Source: Actinomycetes bacterium (lineage in GTDB: Bacteria; Actinomycetota; Actinomycetes; S36-B12; UBA5976). From it: DNA of 64,000 bases. A program made the translations under genes and the position numbers. Below the pieces are notes generated by a model that was not told where the DNA came from, searched no databases, and saw nothing but the letters and a program-made list of their open reading frames with translations. Below are positions 1 to 9,153 of this stretch, one piece after another. The DNA lies in assembly GCA_038145175.1 (NCBI GenBank), contig JAYQPE010000004.1, forward strand, positions 111,206 through 175,205. Reading direction: 5' to 3'. Numbering within the stretch: position 1 is the first letter of the stretch; each line of letters begins with the position of its first letter.

Positions 1-1
1 T

Positions 2-958
2 TTATTAATTGTTTCTTTATCTAGTTTTTTTGCAGGACTTGCAAATGATTTTGTGCACTTACTCGTTCTTCGAGGAGCTGGTGGATTAGGTAGCACTATG
101 TTTTCTGTTGCGTCTTTTTCACTTCTACTTCGAATTGTTTCAGCTGATCAAAGAGGAAGAGCAGCAGCTGCGTTTCAAGGTGGATTTTTAATCGGTGGAT
201 TAGCAGGACCTGCAGTTGGTGGAATTGTGATTGCTATTTCTTTGAGAGCACCTTTCTTTGTCTACTCTTTCACTCTATTGTTTGCAGCTGCCGCGTCTGC
301 ATTTTTCTTAAATAAACATGAGAAAAAAGATGGTCAACAAAAAGAAAGATCTAAAGTATTTAATCAAATGAAACTTTTTATAGTTGCAGTAAAAAATAGA
401 GCTTATGCTGCTGCCTTATCTGTAAACCTTGCTACTGGTTTTGTTTCTTTTGGAATTAGATCTTCAATTATTCCTATATTTGTTGTTGAAGAATTACGAT
501 CTAGTCCTTCGTTAATTGGGTTGGGATTTTTAGCCACCAGTATTACTCAAGCCGCATTTTTATCTTTTGCTGGAAAAGCAACAGACTTAAATGGTAGAAA
601 ACCTTCTATGATTTTTGGAACAAGTACTTTATTTATTTCTGTATTAGTTTTAGTTATTTTTGAAACACCTTTAGGATTCTTAGTTTCTATGGCAATTGCA
701 GGAATAGGAGCAGCCTTTATGGGATCTGCTCCTGCTGCAGTAGTTGGAGATGTCACTGGTGGAAAACAAAGTGGACCTGTTGTTGCTGCTTTTCAAATGA
801 CCAGTGATTTTGGTTCAATCATTGGACCTATTGTTGCTGGAAGCTTGGTTGATTCCTTGGGCTTTGCGGCTGCTTTTTTAACTGGCGCTGCTATTTCACT
901 TTTAGCAGTATTTTTCTCAATCATCATGCCTGAGACAAAACCTAAAATAAATAAATAA
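2..958 (+). CDS. MFS transporter (5'-truncated by window edge)
   Basis: The frame is open from base 2 (LLIVSLSSFFAGLAND...) into the ORF 53..958. It has multiple TM helices, an MFS loop motif (GKATDLNGRK) and GPAVGG/GPIVAG motifs. Confidence 0.85.
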   Translation, partial: LLIVSLSSFFAGLANDFVHLLVLRGAGGLGSTMFSVASFSLLLRIVSADQRGRAAAAFQGGFLIGGLAGPAVGGIVIAISLRAPFFVYSFTLLFAAAASAFFLNKHEKKDGQQKERSKVFNQMKLFIVAVKNRAYAAALSVNLATGFVSFGIRSSIIPIFVVEELRSSPSLIGLGFLATSITQAAFLSFAGKATDLNGRKPSMIFGTSTLFISVLVLVIFETPLGFLVSMAIAGIGAAFMGSAPAAVVGDVTGGKQSGPVVAAFQMTSDFGSIIGPIVAGSLVDSLGFAAAFLTGAAISLLAVFFSIIMPETKPKINK

Positions 959-1013
959 TTGGCATAAATTTAGAACTTAAAGCACAATAGATAGTAAGCG
1001 TGAGGAGAACTAA

Positions 1014-1532
1014 TTGACTGAAACTGCATATTTTGCTCTGGGTTGCTTTTGGGGTGCGGAAAGAAGATTTTGGCAAACAGAAGGTGTAATAGAAACAAGC
1101 GTTGGTTATATGGGTGGGACTGTAAAAAATCCAAGTTATGAATTAGTTTGCACAGGAACTACAAATCATGCTGAAGCTGTAAAAGTTGTATTTGATCCTT
1201 TAAAAGTTTCATACCGTCAACTATTAGAAATGTTTTGGACAATTCATGATCCAACTCAAGGAAATCGTCAAGGAAATGACATCGGATCGCAATATCGAAG
1301 TGTGATTTTTTATGTAAATGAATCACAGAAAAAAGAAGCAGAACTGACTAAAAATATTTATGAAGAAGCTATTAAAAAAGAAGGTTTTGGTTCAATCACC
1401 ACTCAAATTATTCCAAGTAAAGATCATGAATATTTTGAAGCAGAGGAATATCATCAAAAGTATTTAAAGAAAAATCCAAATGGCTATGATTGTCATGCAC
1501 GAACTGGAGTATTTTTTCCAAGTTTGGTTTAA
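1014..1532 (+). CDS. msrA: peptide-methionine (S)-S-oxide reductase MsrA
   Basis: GCFWG catalytic motif, HDPTQGNRQGNDIGSQYRS, AEEYHQKYL; GGAG SD before a TTG start. Confidence 0.97.
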   Translation: MTETAYFALGCFWGAERRFWQTEGVIETSVGYMGGTVKNPSYELVCTGTTNHAEAVKVVFDPLKVSYRQLLEMFWTIHDPTQGNRQGNDIGSQYRSVIFYVNESQKKEAELTKNIYEEAIKKEGFGSITTQIIPSKDHEYFEAEEYHQKYLKKNPNGYDCHARTGVFFPSLV

Positions 1533-1534
1533 AA

Positions 1535-1568
1535 AATTAAAGGGGCCAATTTCTTGGCCCCTTTAATT
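1535..1568. terminator. bidirectional intrinsic terminator between convergent msrA and YccA-family gene
   Basis: Perfect 15-bp inverted repeat aattaaaggggccaa-tttc-ttggcccctttaatt with A/T-rich flanks on both sides. Confidence 0.85.
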
Positions 1569-1582
1569 CAAATAATCTTTTG

Positions 1583-2413
1583 TTATTCTCTTCTTCCTGC
1601 AAGTATTGCAAAAAGACGTAACATTTCTAGATATAACCAAACTAAAGTTACGGTTAATCCAAAAGCTAATCTCCATGATTCTTTTTCTGGCAAATTCATT
1701 GAAGTTGCTGAACGAATTGCTTGGAAATCAAGCATTAATGAAAATGTGGCAAGTCCTACTCCAAATAGTGCAAGCAAGATTCCAATTCCACCAACGCCAT
1801 AAAAGCCCCATCCATTTCCAACACCCATGAATGCAGCAATTAATGAAATAACAGCAATGACTAAATAGGAAATCATTGCCACCATCATCATGCGAGTAAA
1901 TTTCGCATCAACTTTAATGATTCCTGATCTAAACAAGAACAACATTGTGCCAAAAGCAACTATGGTACTCATGATTGTATTTCCTACAATGTTTGTTCCA
2001 TCAGCAACAATTAAGTTTTGATAGATGTATGAAATTCCACCAACAAATATTCCTTGCATTACTGCATATGCAATAACTAAAGCTGGTGAAACATTTTTCT
2101 TAAACGTATTTACTAAACCAAGTACAAGGCCAGCTATTGCTGCCATGATTGCTAATCCTGGAGCATTCCAACCAACAAATGCGCCAACGAGTAAAAGTCC
2201 TAACATCACAAAAGATTTCATAACTACGTCGTCCATAGTTACAACTCTTTCGCCAGGTTTAGCTGGGGTTACACCAGGAAATGTTCTTTCTTGTGTTTGT
2301 TCAACTGGTGTTGAAGTAAGAATTGAACTGTCGTTGCCACCTCTGTTATTTAAAACAGATCCAGGTTGTTGAAAGTCGGCATAACGACGTATGACTGGAT
2401 TTCTAGATTCCAT
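1583..2413 (-). CDS. Bax inhibitor-1/YccA family membrane protein
   Basis: MESRNPV start, MTMDDVVMK-like segment, 7 TMs, C-terminal AFGLTVTLVWLYLEMLRL typical of actinobacterial YccA/BI-1 proteins. Confidence 0.9.
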   Translation of the reverse strand: MESRNPVIRRYADFQQPGSVLNNRGGNDSSILTSTPVEQTQERTFPGVTPAKPGERVVTMDDVVMKSFVMLGLLLVGAFVGWNAPGLAIMAAIAGLVLGLVNTFKKNVSPALVIAYAVMQGIFVGGISYIYQNLIVADGTNIVGNTIMSTIVAFGTMLFLFRSGIIKVDAKFTRMMMVAMISYLVIAVISLIAAFMGVGNGWGFYGVGGIGILLALFGVGLATFSLMLDFQAIRSATSMNLPEKESWRLAFGLTVTLVWLYLEMLRLFAILAGRRE

Positions 2414-2643
2414 CTTTTTTCTTTGTCTCCTTTAGAAGAACTATCTTGGGAAGGCCTTTTTATTTCCTCCTATTTTCAAGGTAACACGTTTTTAAAAGAC
2501 TTGCTTTCTAACCTTGAAATTAAGCACGAAACTATAGGTCAAAGGTGCGTATTTGCCCTGAAAAAAACTAGGGTCTGGCTTTCATTATCTATCGATGTAG
2601 TGCGAGAATAAATGCAGTAATTTCCACCCCGTACGGAGGAATA

Positions 2644-2937
2644 GTGGCAGCACGTAAGAAGTCAAAAAAACGCGCCTCTAAAAAGAGCGCTAAACGTAAG
2701 GTAGCAAAAAAGAAAGTAACTAAGAAGAAATCTGCAAAGAAATCTTCTAAGAAAAAAGCTACAAAAAAGAAAGTAGCTAAGAAGAAATCTGCAAAGAAAT
2801 CTTCCAAGAAAAAAGCTACAAAAAAGAAGGCTTCAAAAAAGAAATCTTCTAAGAAATCTGCTCCAAAGGCAGCAGCACCAGCTGCTCCAGCAGCAGAAAC
2901 TCCTGCACCATCACCATTCAATCCACTTAGCTGGTAA
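2644..2937 (+). CDS. histone H1-like Lys/Ala/Ser-rich basic protein (putative nucleoid protein)
   Basis: GGAGGA SD before GTG; about half the residues are Lys in KKKSAKKSSKKKAT repeats, followed by an Ala/Pro tail and a strong terminator. Confidence 0.8.
   Translation: MAARKKSKKRASKKSAKRKVAKKKVTKKKSAKKSSKKKATKKKVAKKKSAKKSSKKKATKKKASKKKSSKKSAPKAAAPAAPAAETPAPSPFNPLSW
2710..2823 (+). repeat. two tandem 57-bp (19-codon) copies inside the histone-like gene
   Basis: 2710-2766 and 2767-2823 differ at only 2 positions (KKVT/AKKKSAKKSSKKKATK). Confidence 0.9.
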
Positions 2938-2970
2938 TTAATTAGTTAAGTAATTGTTTGGCAAAAAGCT

Positions 2971-3010
2971 TTAGGGCCATTTCGCGAGTTAAATTGCGAA
3001 ATGGCCCTAA
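2971..3010 (+). terminator. intrinsic terminator hairpin after histone-like gene
   Basis: Perfect 15-bp stem ttagggccatttcgc / gcgaaatggccctaa with a 10-nt loop. Confidence 0.8.
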
Positions 3011-3032
3011 AAATTTAAGATAGAAAGAGAAT

Positions 3033-3482
3033 ATGAAGAAAAATATCTCAGTTGTAATTACTTCTTTCTTATTATTATTTGTATTCTCTTCTCCAAGTTT
3101 TGCCTACTTGCCAATGAAAAAATGTAAAAGTGATGATAGCAAGTGTGCAAAAACTGCAAACACTAAACAATTAAGAAACTTTGCAATAATTGATAACAAG
3201 CATTATATAAATGAACATAATTATCGAGTTTTAGGAAAAATTTCTGCTGAGACAATGTCTGGAAGAGAATTTGCTGCCGCTGAAAAAATTAAGAATTACG
3301 CAAATGCATCCTATGGTGTATGCAAAGATTTAATGCAACAAATGTCTAATCTTTACGCCACAAGAGCTTCTACTTACTTTCCACAAGATCAAGTTGATGT
3401 TAGAGCAGGATTGAATGGACAAATAGTGGCTTTAGAAGATCAATTGCACTCAAACTGCAATAAAGTAAAGATGCGCTGGTAG
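3033..3482 (+). CDS. hypothetical exported protein
   Basis: Sec signal peptide (MKKNISVVITSFLLLFVFSSPSFA), four Cys, helical character; no family recognised. Confidence 0.65.
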   Translation: MKKNISVVITSFLLLFVFSSPSFAYLPMKKCKSDDSKCAKTANTKQLRNFAIIDNKHYINEHNYRVLGKISAETMSGREFAAAEKIKNYANASYGVCKDLMQQMSNLYATRASTYFPQDQVDVRAGLNGQIVALEDQLHSNCNKVKMRW

Positions 3483-4055
3483 TTAGTAAGAAATTAATTT
3501 TTCATTAATTCGATTAATAAATTCTTGAGGCTGACCTATTGGCCCATTAATTCTTTCAACTAGTTTGCCATTTTTGTCAACTAATAAAGTAATTGGTAAA
3601 CCAGTAATTCCATAAAACTCTCGCAGAAGGCTTCTTGGATCTTGAACACTGGCAAAAGGTAATTGCCATTTATAAGAAGCTTGAAGTGAATCTTTTTCAT
3701 TATCTTGATATGCAATGCCTAAAAAGTTAATTTTTCCACTTAACTTTTTATATGCGGCATTAAAAGCAACAGCATCGTCTGCACAAATTGTGCACCAAGA
3801 AGCCCAAAAACTAATGACTATAGGTTTATCACTTTGAACGCCTGCCAAATTTACTAATTGGTCATGACCTAAACACTCCAAAACAGCAGGAGCAATAACT
3901 CCTCTAGCATTATTTGTTTCTAATTCAGATGTTGGACATTTGGGCGTTAAATAATTTGTGGCATCACTTTTAAGAAAAGCGCCGCTATTTTCTCCAGAAC
4001 TACAAGCTATTACCGTTAATGAAACTATTAATAAAATAAGTGCTTTAACTTTCAT
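3483..4055 (-). CDS. TlpA/ResA-like thioredoxin-fold lipoprotein
   Basis: Lipobox-like VIAC, FWASWCTIC (CxxC), GITGLPITLLVD motif. Confidence 0.88.
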   Translation of the reverse strand: MKVKALILLIVSLTVIACSSGENSGAFLKSDATNYLTPKCPTSELETNNARGVIAPAVLECLGHDQLVNLAGVQSDKPIVISFWASWCTICADDAVAFNAAYKKLSGKINFLGIAYQDNEKDSLQASYKWQLPFASVQDPRSLLREFYGITGLPITLLVDKNGKLVERINGPIGQPQEFINRINEKLISY

Positions 4056-4136
4056 TTTTATATTCTATAAATCATAGTTAGTTATCTATCAAGTGAGACT
4101 AAAATCAAACCTTGAACTCAATCATTGTTAAGTCTT

Positions 4137-5855
4137 TTATTTTTTATTTATTAGTCCAACCATTTCAGATCGACGTAATTCTCTTCTTAAAATTTTTCCA
4201 ATTGGGCTTTTTGGAAGATCTGTAACAATGACCACAGATTTAGGAAGTTTATAACGCGCTAATGATTTCTCACAATGAGCAATTACTTCTTCTTGGGATA
4301 AAGTTCCCGAAGCTGCAACTATGTAAGCACATACTCTTTCACCAGTGTTTTCATCAGGTAATCCAATAACTCCAACTTCTTTCACATTTGGAAGTTTGGC
4401 AATTTCTTCTTCAATTTCATTTGGATATACATTAAAGCCACTAACTAAAATCATGTCTTTTTTGCGATCAACGATTTTGAAATAGCCGTCTTCATCCATT
4501 TGCGCAATATCACCGGTATAAAGCCAACCATTTTTTAAAGTGTTTGTTGTTTCTTTTTCGTTATTCCAGTAACCAAGCATTATTTGTGGACCTTGAGCAA
4601 TTAATTCGCCAGATTCACCAATATTTACTTCTTTGCCACTTTCATCAACTATGCGAATATCAGTTGATGGCATAGGTATTCCAATTGAACCAGGTTTAGA
4701 AATTCCACCCAATGGATTAAAAGTTAAGACTGGAGAAGATTCTGTTAAACCAAAACCCTCTACTAGTGGAGAATTAGTTAATTTTTGCCAATCAGTAGCA
4801 ACTGATTGATGTAATGACATTCCACCTGCAACAGAAGCGCTCAAATGTTTTGGTGGATTTTCTAAGAACCAAGGTTCCTTCAATAGTGCACCATACAAAG
4901 TATTCACACCTGAAACCCAAGTAATTTTGTAATTTTCAAATGCTTTTTTCATATTGCTTGGTGGTCTTGGATTTGGAATTATTATGTTTCTTCCACCCAT
5001 GTAATAAAGCCCTAAAAGATTTACTGTGAATGCAAAAATATGATAAAGCGGAAGTGCAGTAAGAATAGTTTCTTTTCCTGCCAACAAGAATTTGTCTACC
5101 ATTTGCATCATCTGCAAGGTATTAATTACTAAATTCTTATGGGTAAGCATTGCGCCTTTGGAAACTCCTGTAGTTCCTCCTGTGTATTGAAGGGCAGCAA
5201 TTGATTCAGTCTTAATGTCTTTTGCGTAATCAAGAACTTGACTTCTTTTTGCATGACTATGTCCAAGACTCAATGCTTGATTAAATTTTGTGTGTTTAAC
5301 TGTAATTTTTGGTATAGATTTATGTACAACTTTTTGAACAAATCTAATAAGTCCACCGGCTAAAGTTGGAAAGTATTCCGAAATTTTAACCGTTATAACA
5401 GCTTCAATATTAGTTTTTGGTAATACTTCCGGTAAACGATCAGCGAACATATCAATTATCACTACAGCTTTGGCTTGCGAATCTGAGAATTGATGAATCA
5501 TTTCAGAGGCGGTGTAAAGAGGATTGGTGTTTACTAAAACACAGCCTGCTTTTAATATTCCAAAAGCTACAATTGGATAACTCAAACAATTAGGCATTTG
5601 TACTGCTACTCGATCTCCAGGAATTAGATTTATTACTTCACGTAAATAAACTGCAAAATCATCTGATAAATCATCTATTTGCTGGAAAGTTAATGAACCA
5701 TGCATTCCATTTGGCATGCATTGGGTAAAAGCAATAGTTTTGGCATATGTATTACTTGCCCGACGAATTAAATCTGGAAGATGTGCAATATCGGTTGGAG
5801 CAATGTATGGACTTACTCCTGCTGGATATTTTGTTAACCAAGGTTGATTTGCCAT
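4137..5855 (-). CDS. fadD: long-chain-fatty-acid--CoA ligase
   Basis: LQYTGGTTGVSKGAMLTH AMP-binding motif, EGFGLTESSP, GWLYTGD, DRKKDMILVSGFNVYPNEIE. Start chosen at MANQPWL; the ORF track extends it to 5900. Confidence 0.92.
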   Translation of the reverse strand: MANQPWLTKYPAGVSPYIAPTDIAHLPDLIRRASNTYAKTIAFTQCMPNGMHGSLTFQQIDDLSDDFAVYLREVINLIPGDRVAVQMPNCLSYPIVAFGILKAGCVLVNTNPLYTASEMIHQFSDSQAKAVVIIDMFADRLPEVLPKTNIEAVITVKISEYFPTLAGGLIRFVQKVVHKSIPKITVKHTKFNQALSLGHSHAKRSQVLDYAKDIKTESIAALQYTGGTTGVSKGAMLTHKNLVINTLQMMQMVDKFLLAGKETILTALPLYHIFAFTVNLLGLYYMGGRNIIIPNPRPPSNMKKAFENYKITWVSGVNTLYGALLKEPWFLENPPKHLSASVAGGMSLHQSVATDWQKLTNSPLVEGFGLTESSPVLTFNPLGGISKPGSIGIPMPSTDIRIVDESGKEVNIGESGELIAQGPQIMLGYWNNEKETTNTLKNGWLYTGDIAQMDEDGYFKIVDRKKDMILVSGFNVYPNEIEEEIAKLPNVKEVGVIGLPDENTGERVCAYIVAASGTLSQEEVIAHCEKSLARYKLPKSVVIVTDLPKSPIGKILRRELRRSEMVGLINKK

Positions 5856-6541
5856 TTTTACTCTTTCACCAAAATAGGGGCCTTTATACATACTAACCAC
5901 AATTTAAAAATCAAACCAGACAATTTTCTAATTTTTTTTATCGATAGTAGTAGTAAATAATGTAGATAAAGTGAGCATTTACCACCTGTTTTTGAGAAAA
6001 AGTATGATTCCTGCAAAAGTTCCACCAGAGGTACTCAAACCTTACTTGGCAATTCTTAACTTTTTACCAATATGGTCTTAGGGGAAGATTATTTGTGCCA
6101 TCAAATTTATTTACCACTCCTAGAAATTGATGGATCTGAATGTTGTTTATTTCAAAACCAATTTGACTTATCAACATAGAAGTTCATTTTTCTTTTCTAT
6201 GTTAATTTTTTATTATTTAGTTTTTTGGTCTCAATTAAGAATTACAAATCTACTTTCTTCCAAATACCATCTCAGACTACATCTTTTTATCAAATTTTTG
6301 ATAGAAATTTATTAAATAAGTTATAAGAAAAATTATCGATACTTTATTTTTAGCATACAAAAAAATATTCACTACTTTTCTACTATTCAATTTTAATAGA
6401 TTTTAACTTGGTTTGAATCTTAAATCTTGGACGTTTTAACGTTCAATACACGTTCAAACGAAAATCCCCTCAGGAATAAAATAGATTTTTCTGTTATTAT
6501 TAGTAAAAGCATAGAACCAAAGATTTTGGAGGCGTTAAATC

Positions 6542-6820
6542 ATGAAAGACAAAAATACTAATTCAAAAAGTTTTAAGGAATCCATTCAATCTATCTGGTC
6601 AGTAAATTCAGACGAAATTTCAAAAATTGTAGAAATTGAAGAAGAATGTGGTCCAACAAAAACCTGCAAAAATATGAAAGAAATAACTTTTGAAGGATTT
6701 GCAGAATCAGGTGGTAGTTTATCGGATGCATGGAAAGCAACTCTTGCACGAGAAGGAAAATTAAATGAAGGTAAAGGAAGCATTAAAGATATTATTCTTG
6801 GATCTAAAGAGAACCGTTAA
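6542..6820 (+). CDS. hypothetical protein, first gene of coxD-coxE operon
   Basis: GGAGG SD, 92 aa, 14 bp upstream of coxD on the same strand; ECGPTKTC motif. Confidence 0.7.
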   Translation: MKDKNTNSKSFKESIQSIWSVNSDEISKIVEIEEECGPTKTCKNMKEITFEGFAESGGSLSDAWKATLAREGKLNEGKGSIKDIILGSKENR

Positions 6821-6834
6821 ATTTTAAATTAAAC

Positions 6835-7698
6835 ATGGAAGAAATAAAATCAGTTGAATCTTTAACAAAACAACTAAAACAAATTGGCTATATTGCCGAC
6901 AGAGGGCTTTCAACTTCTATTTTAATTTCATTAAAAATGGGACGTCCCCTGCTTTTAGAAGGAGAAGTGGGAGTAGGAAAAACTGAACTAGCAAAAGCTC
7001 TTGCAAAATTATTTAATCGAGAATTAATCCGTTTACAGTGTTACGAAGGCATTGATACTAATCAAGCATTATACGAATGGGATTATGCTCGACAAATACT
7101 TGAAATTCGAGCCATGAATGAAACAGGAAATAAAAAAAATGAAGTAGACAAACTTTTCAGTGAGAAGTTTTTAATTGAAAGACCATTACTTTCTGCCATC
7201 AGAGCAGGGGATAAATCAGTATTACTTATTGATGAAATTGACCGAGCAGATGATGAATTTGAGGCATTTTTACTCGAATTACTATCAGATTTTCAAATAT
7301 CAATTCCTGAAATTGGAACTATTAAAGCAAAAACTAAACCCATAATTATTTTAACTTCAAATCGTACTCGTGAACTTCATGATGCTCTAAAAAGACGTTG
7401 CCTTTACAACTGGATTGGTTTTCCCAGTGTTGAGCAAGAATTAGAAATAATTAGGAGTCGCATTCCTGATGTAACAGAAAAATTAGCTTCTAAAGTTGTT
7501 GAGGCAGTTAATCGCCTTAGAGAAATGGAATTAGAAAAATCACCTGGTGTCGCAGAAGCTATAGATTGGGTTTCCTCATTGCAGGCAATTCAGGCAGATG
7601 ATTTAACCGCTGAAAGTGCCATGGATAGTTTAGGTGCAATTTTAAAAGACCGAAGTGATATAGAAACTGTTAAAGAAAATCTTCAAGAAATAGTTTAA
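6835..7698 (+). CDS. coxD: MoxR-family AAA+ ATPase, CoxD-like CODH maturation chaperone
   Basis: Walker A LLLEGEVGVGKT, RLQCYEG, Walker B LLIDEIDRAD, TSNRTRELHDALKRRC; paired with a vWA protein inside a cox island. Confidence 0.9.
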   Translation: MEEIKSVESLTKQLKQIGYIADRGLSTSILISLKMGRPLLLEGEVGVGKTELAKALAKLFNRELIRLQCYEGIDTNQALYEWDYARQILEIRAMNETGNKKNEVDKLFSEKFLIERPLLSAIRAGDKSVLLIDEIDRADDEFEAFLLELLSDFQISIPEIGTIKAKTKPIIILTSNRTRELHDALKRRCLYNWIGFPSVEQELEIIRSRIPDVTEKLASKVVEAVNRLREMELEKSPGVAEAIDWVSSLQAIQADDLTAESAMDSLGAILKDRSDIETVKENLQEIV

Positions 7699-7699
7699 A

Positions 7700-8833
7700 G
7701 TGTCTTTTGATTCAACATTTGAAGAACTATTTGTCGAATTTGGAGATTTATTACGCAAATCTGGCCAATCAATTGGTTCCGACGATATTTTAGTTTTTTG
7801 TGATGCCGTTTCTAAATTAAATCCTTCTGATCTTGTTGATATTTATTGGTCAGGTCGATCAACGTTAATTCATAAAAAAGATTCTATTCCAATTTATAAT
7901 CAAAAATTTAGGGAATTTTTTTTAAATGCTGAATCAATCTCTAATGATCCTAGAAAAAAGAAAATTCAAGCCACTTCCATAGCGACTGCTACTTTTGAAA
8001 TTCCAGAAGTTGAAGAAGGAACACCGGGTGAAGGTGAAGAAGAAGAAAAAAAGATGGGTTTTGTTTCTTCTACAACAGATATTTTTAGATCAAAAGAATT
8101 TAAAGATTGTTCTCCCGAAGAGCTTGCCAAAATGCGACAGATGATGAATGTTTTTAAATTATCTCCTCCTGAGAGAAGAACTAGAAGATATCAACTTAAA
8201 AAAAATGGAAATAAATTAAGTATGAGAAATATTGCTAAACAAGTTATGAGAAATCATGGAGAAATCGATGAACTAGTTTATGTAAGTAAAAAAAGAAAAC
8301 TTAGACCAATCGTTTTTATATTAGACATTTCTGGTTCAATGGCTGATTATTCTCGAAATCTTTTACAATTTGCCCATGCTGCACGCAGCGCCCATGAAAA
8401 AGTAGAAGTTTTTTGTTTTGGTACCAGACTAACTCGTATTACCAAAATTTTGGACCATAGATCACCAGATGAAGCAATGAAAATTGCTGGTAATGCAGTT
8501 TTAGATTGGGATGGTGGTACTCGAATTGGTGACTCTATCGAAACTTTTTTAAAAAAATGGGGCCGAAATGGAACCAGTAGAGGAGCTATAGTGGTTATTT
8601 GTTCTGATGGTCTTGATCGAGGTGATCCTCGAATTTTATTTGAAGCTATGGAAAGATTATCAAGATTAAGTTACAGAATTTTATGGATGAATCCTCATAA
8701 AGGTGATCAATTAAATTTTAAACCCAACACCATGGGTATGATTGTGGCAGATCCATTTATTGATCAAATTGTTTCTGGCCATAATTTGAATAGTTTAAAA
8801 GAATTTACTAAATCATTAGTTAATTTAAGATAA
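7700..8833 (+). CDS. coxE: vWA-domain protein, CoxE-like
   Basis: MIDAS DISGS, EVFCFGTRLTRIT, WDGGTRIG, SDGLDRG; directly follows coxD. Confidence 0.9.
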   Translation: MSFDSTFEELFVEFGDLLRKSGQSIGSDDILVFCDAVSKLNPSDLVDIYWSGRSTLIHKKDSIPIYNQKFREFFLNAESISNDPRKKKIQATSIATATFEIPEVEEGTPGEGEEEEKKMGFVSSTTDIFRSKEFKDCSPEELAKMRQMMNVFKLSPPERRTRRYQLKKNGNKLSMRNIAKQVMRNHGEIDELVYVSKKRKLRPIVFILDISGSMADYSRNLLQFAHAARSAHEKVEVFCFGTRLTRITKILDHRSPDEAMKIAGNAVLDWDGGTRIGDSIETFLKKWGRNGTSRGAIVVICSDGLDRGDPRILFEAMERLSRLSYRILWMNPHKGDQLNFKPNTMGMIVADPFIDQIVSGHNLNSLKEFTKSLVNLR

Positions 8834-8850
8834 AAAGATAGGAGAATACA

Positions 8851-9153
8851 ATGAAATTTAGTGTTTCAGTTTTTGCCGAAGGTGACAAAGAAATTTCTTT
8901 ATCAGAGATTGTGGAATTTGCAGATGCAGTAGCTCCACTTTCAGGAATTGCCTCTGGTGCAGGAAGTATGTCTTATGGAGCACAACTAGTTATTGAAGCC
9001 GAGAATTCAGATCTTGCAGTTGAAAAAGCGATTGTCGCATTTACAGAAGCAGCAAAATTAGCAAAATTACCTAGCTGGCCGGTTACAAAGGTTGAAACAA
9101 TCTCTGAAGTTGAAGATTTTGAAGACGAATACATAGGCGATGATCAGCCTTGA
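8851..9153 (+). CDS. hypothetical acidic small alpha/beta protein
   Basis: GGAGA SD, 100 aa, operonic with coxE and overlapping the next gene; no family recognised. Confidence 0.7.
   Translation: MKFSVSVFAEGDKEISLSEIVEFADAVAPLSGIASGAGSMSYGAQLVIEAENSDLAVEKAIVAFTEAAKLAKLPSWPVTKVETISEVEDFEDEYIGDDQP

Noticed and set aside
2589-2921. Phe-rich 110-aa minus-strand ORF
   Set aside because: It is the antisense shadow of the Lys-codon repeats of the histone-like gene (AAA/AAG read as TTT/CTT); the + strand has the SD and terminator.
6127-6315. 62-aa + strand ORF in the gap before the cox island
   Set aside because: AT-rich Phe/Leu/Tyr composition typical of non-coding DNA, no SD, no recognisable motif.
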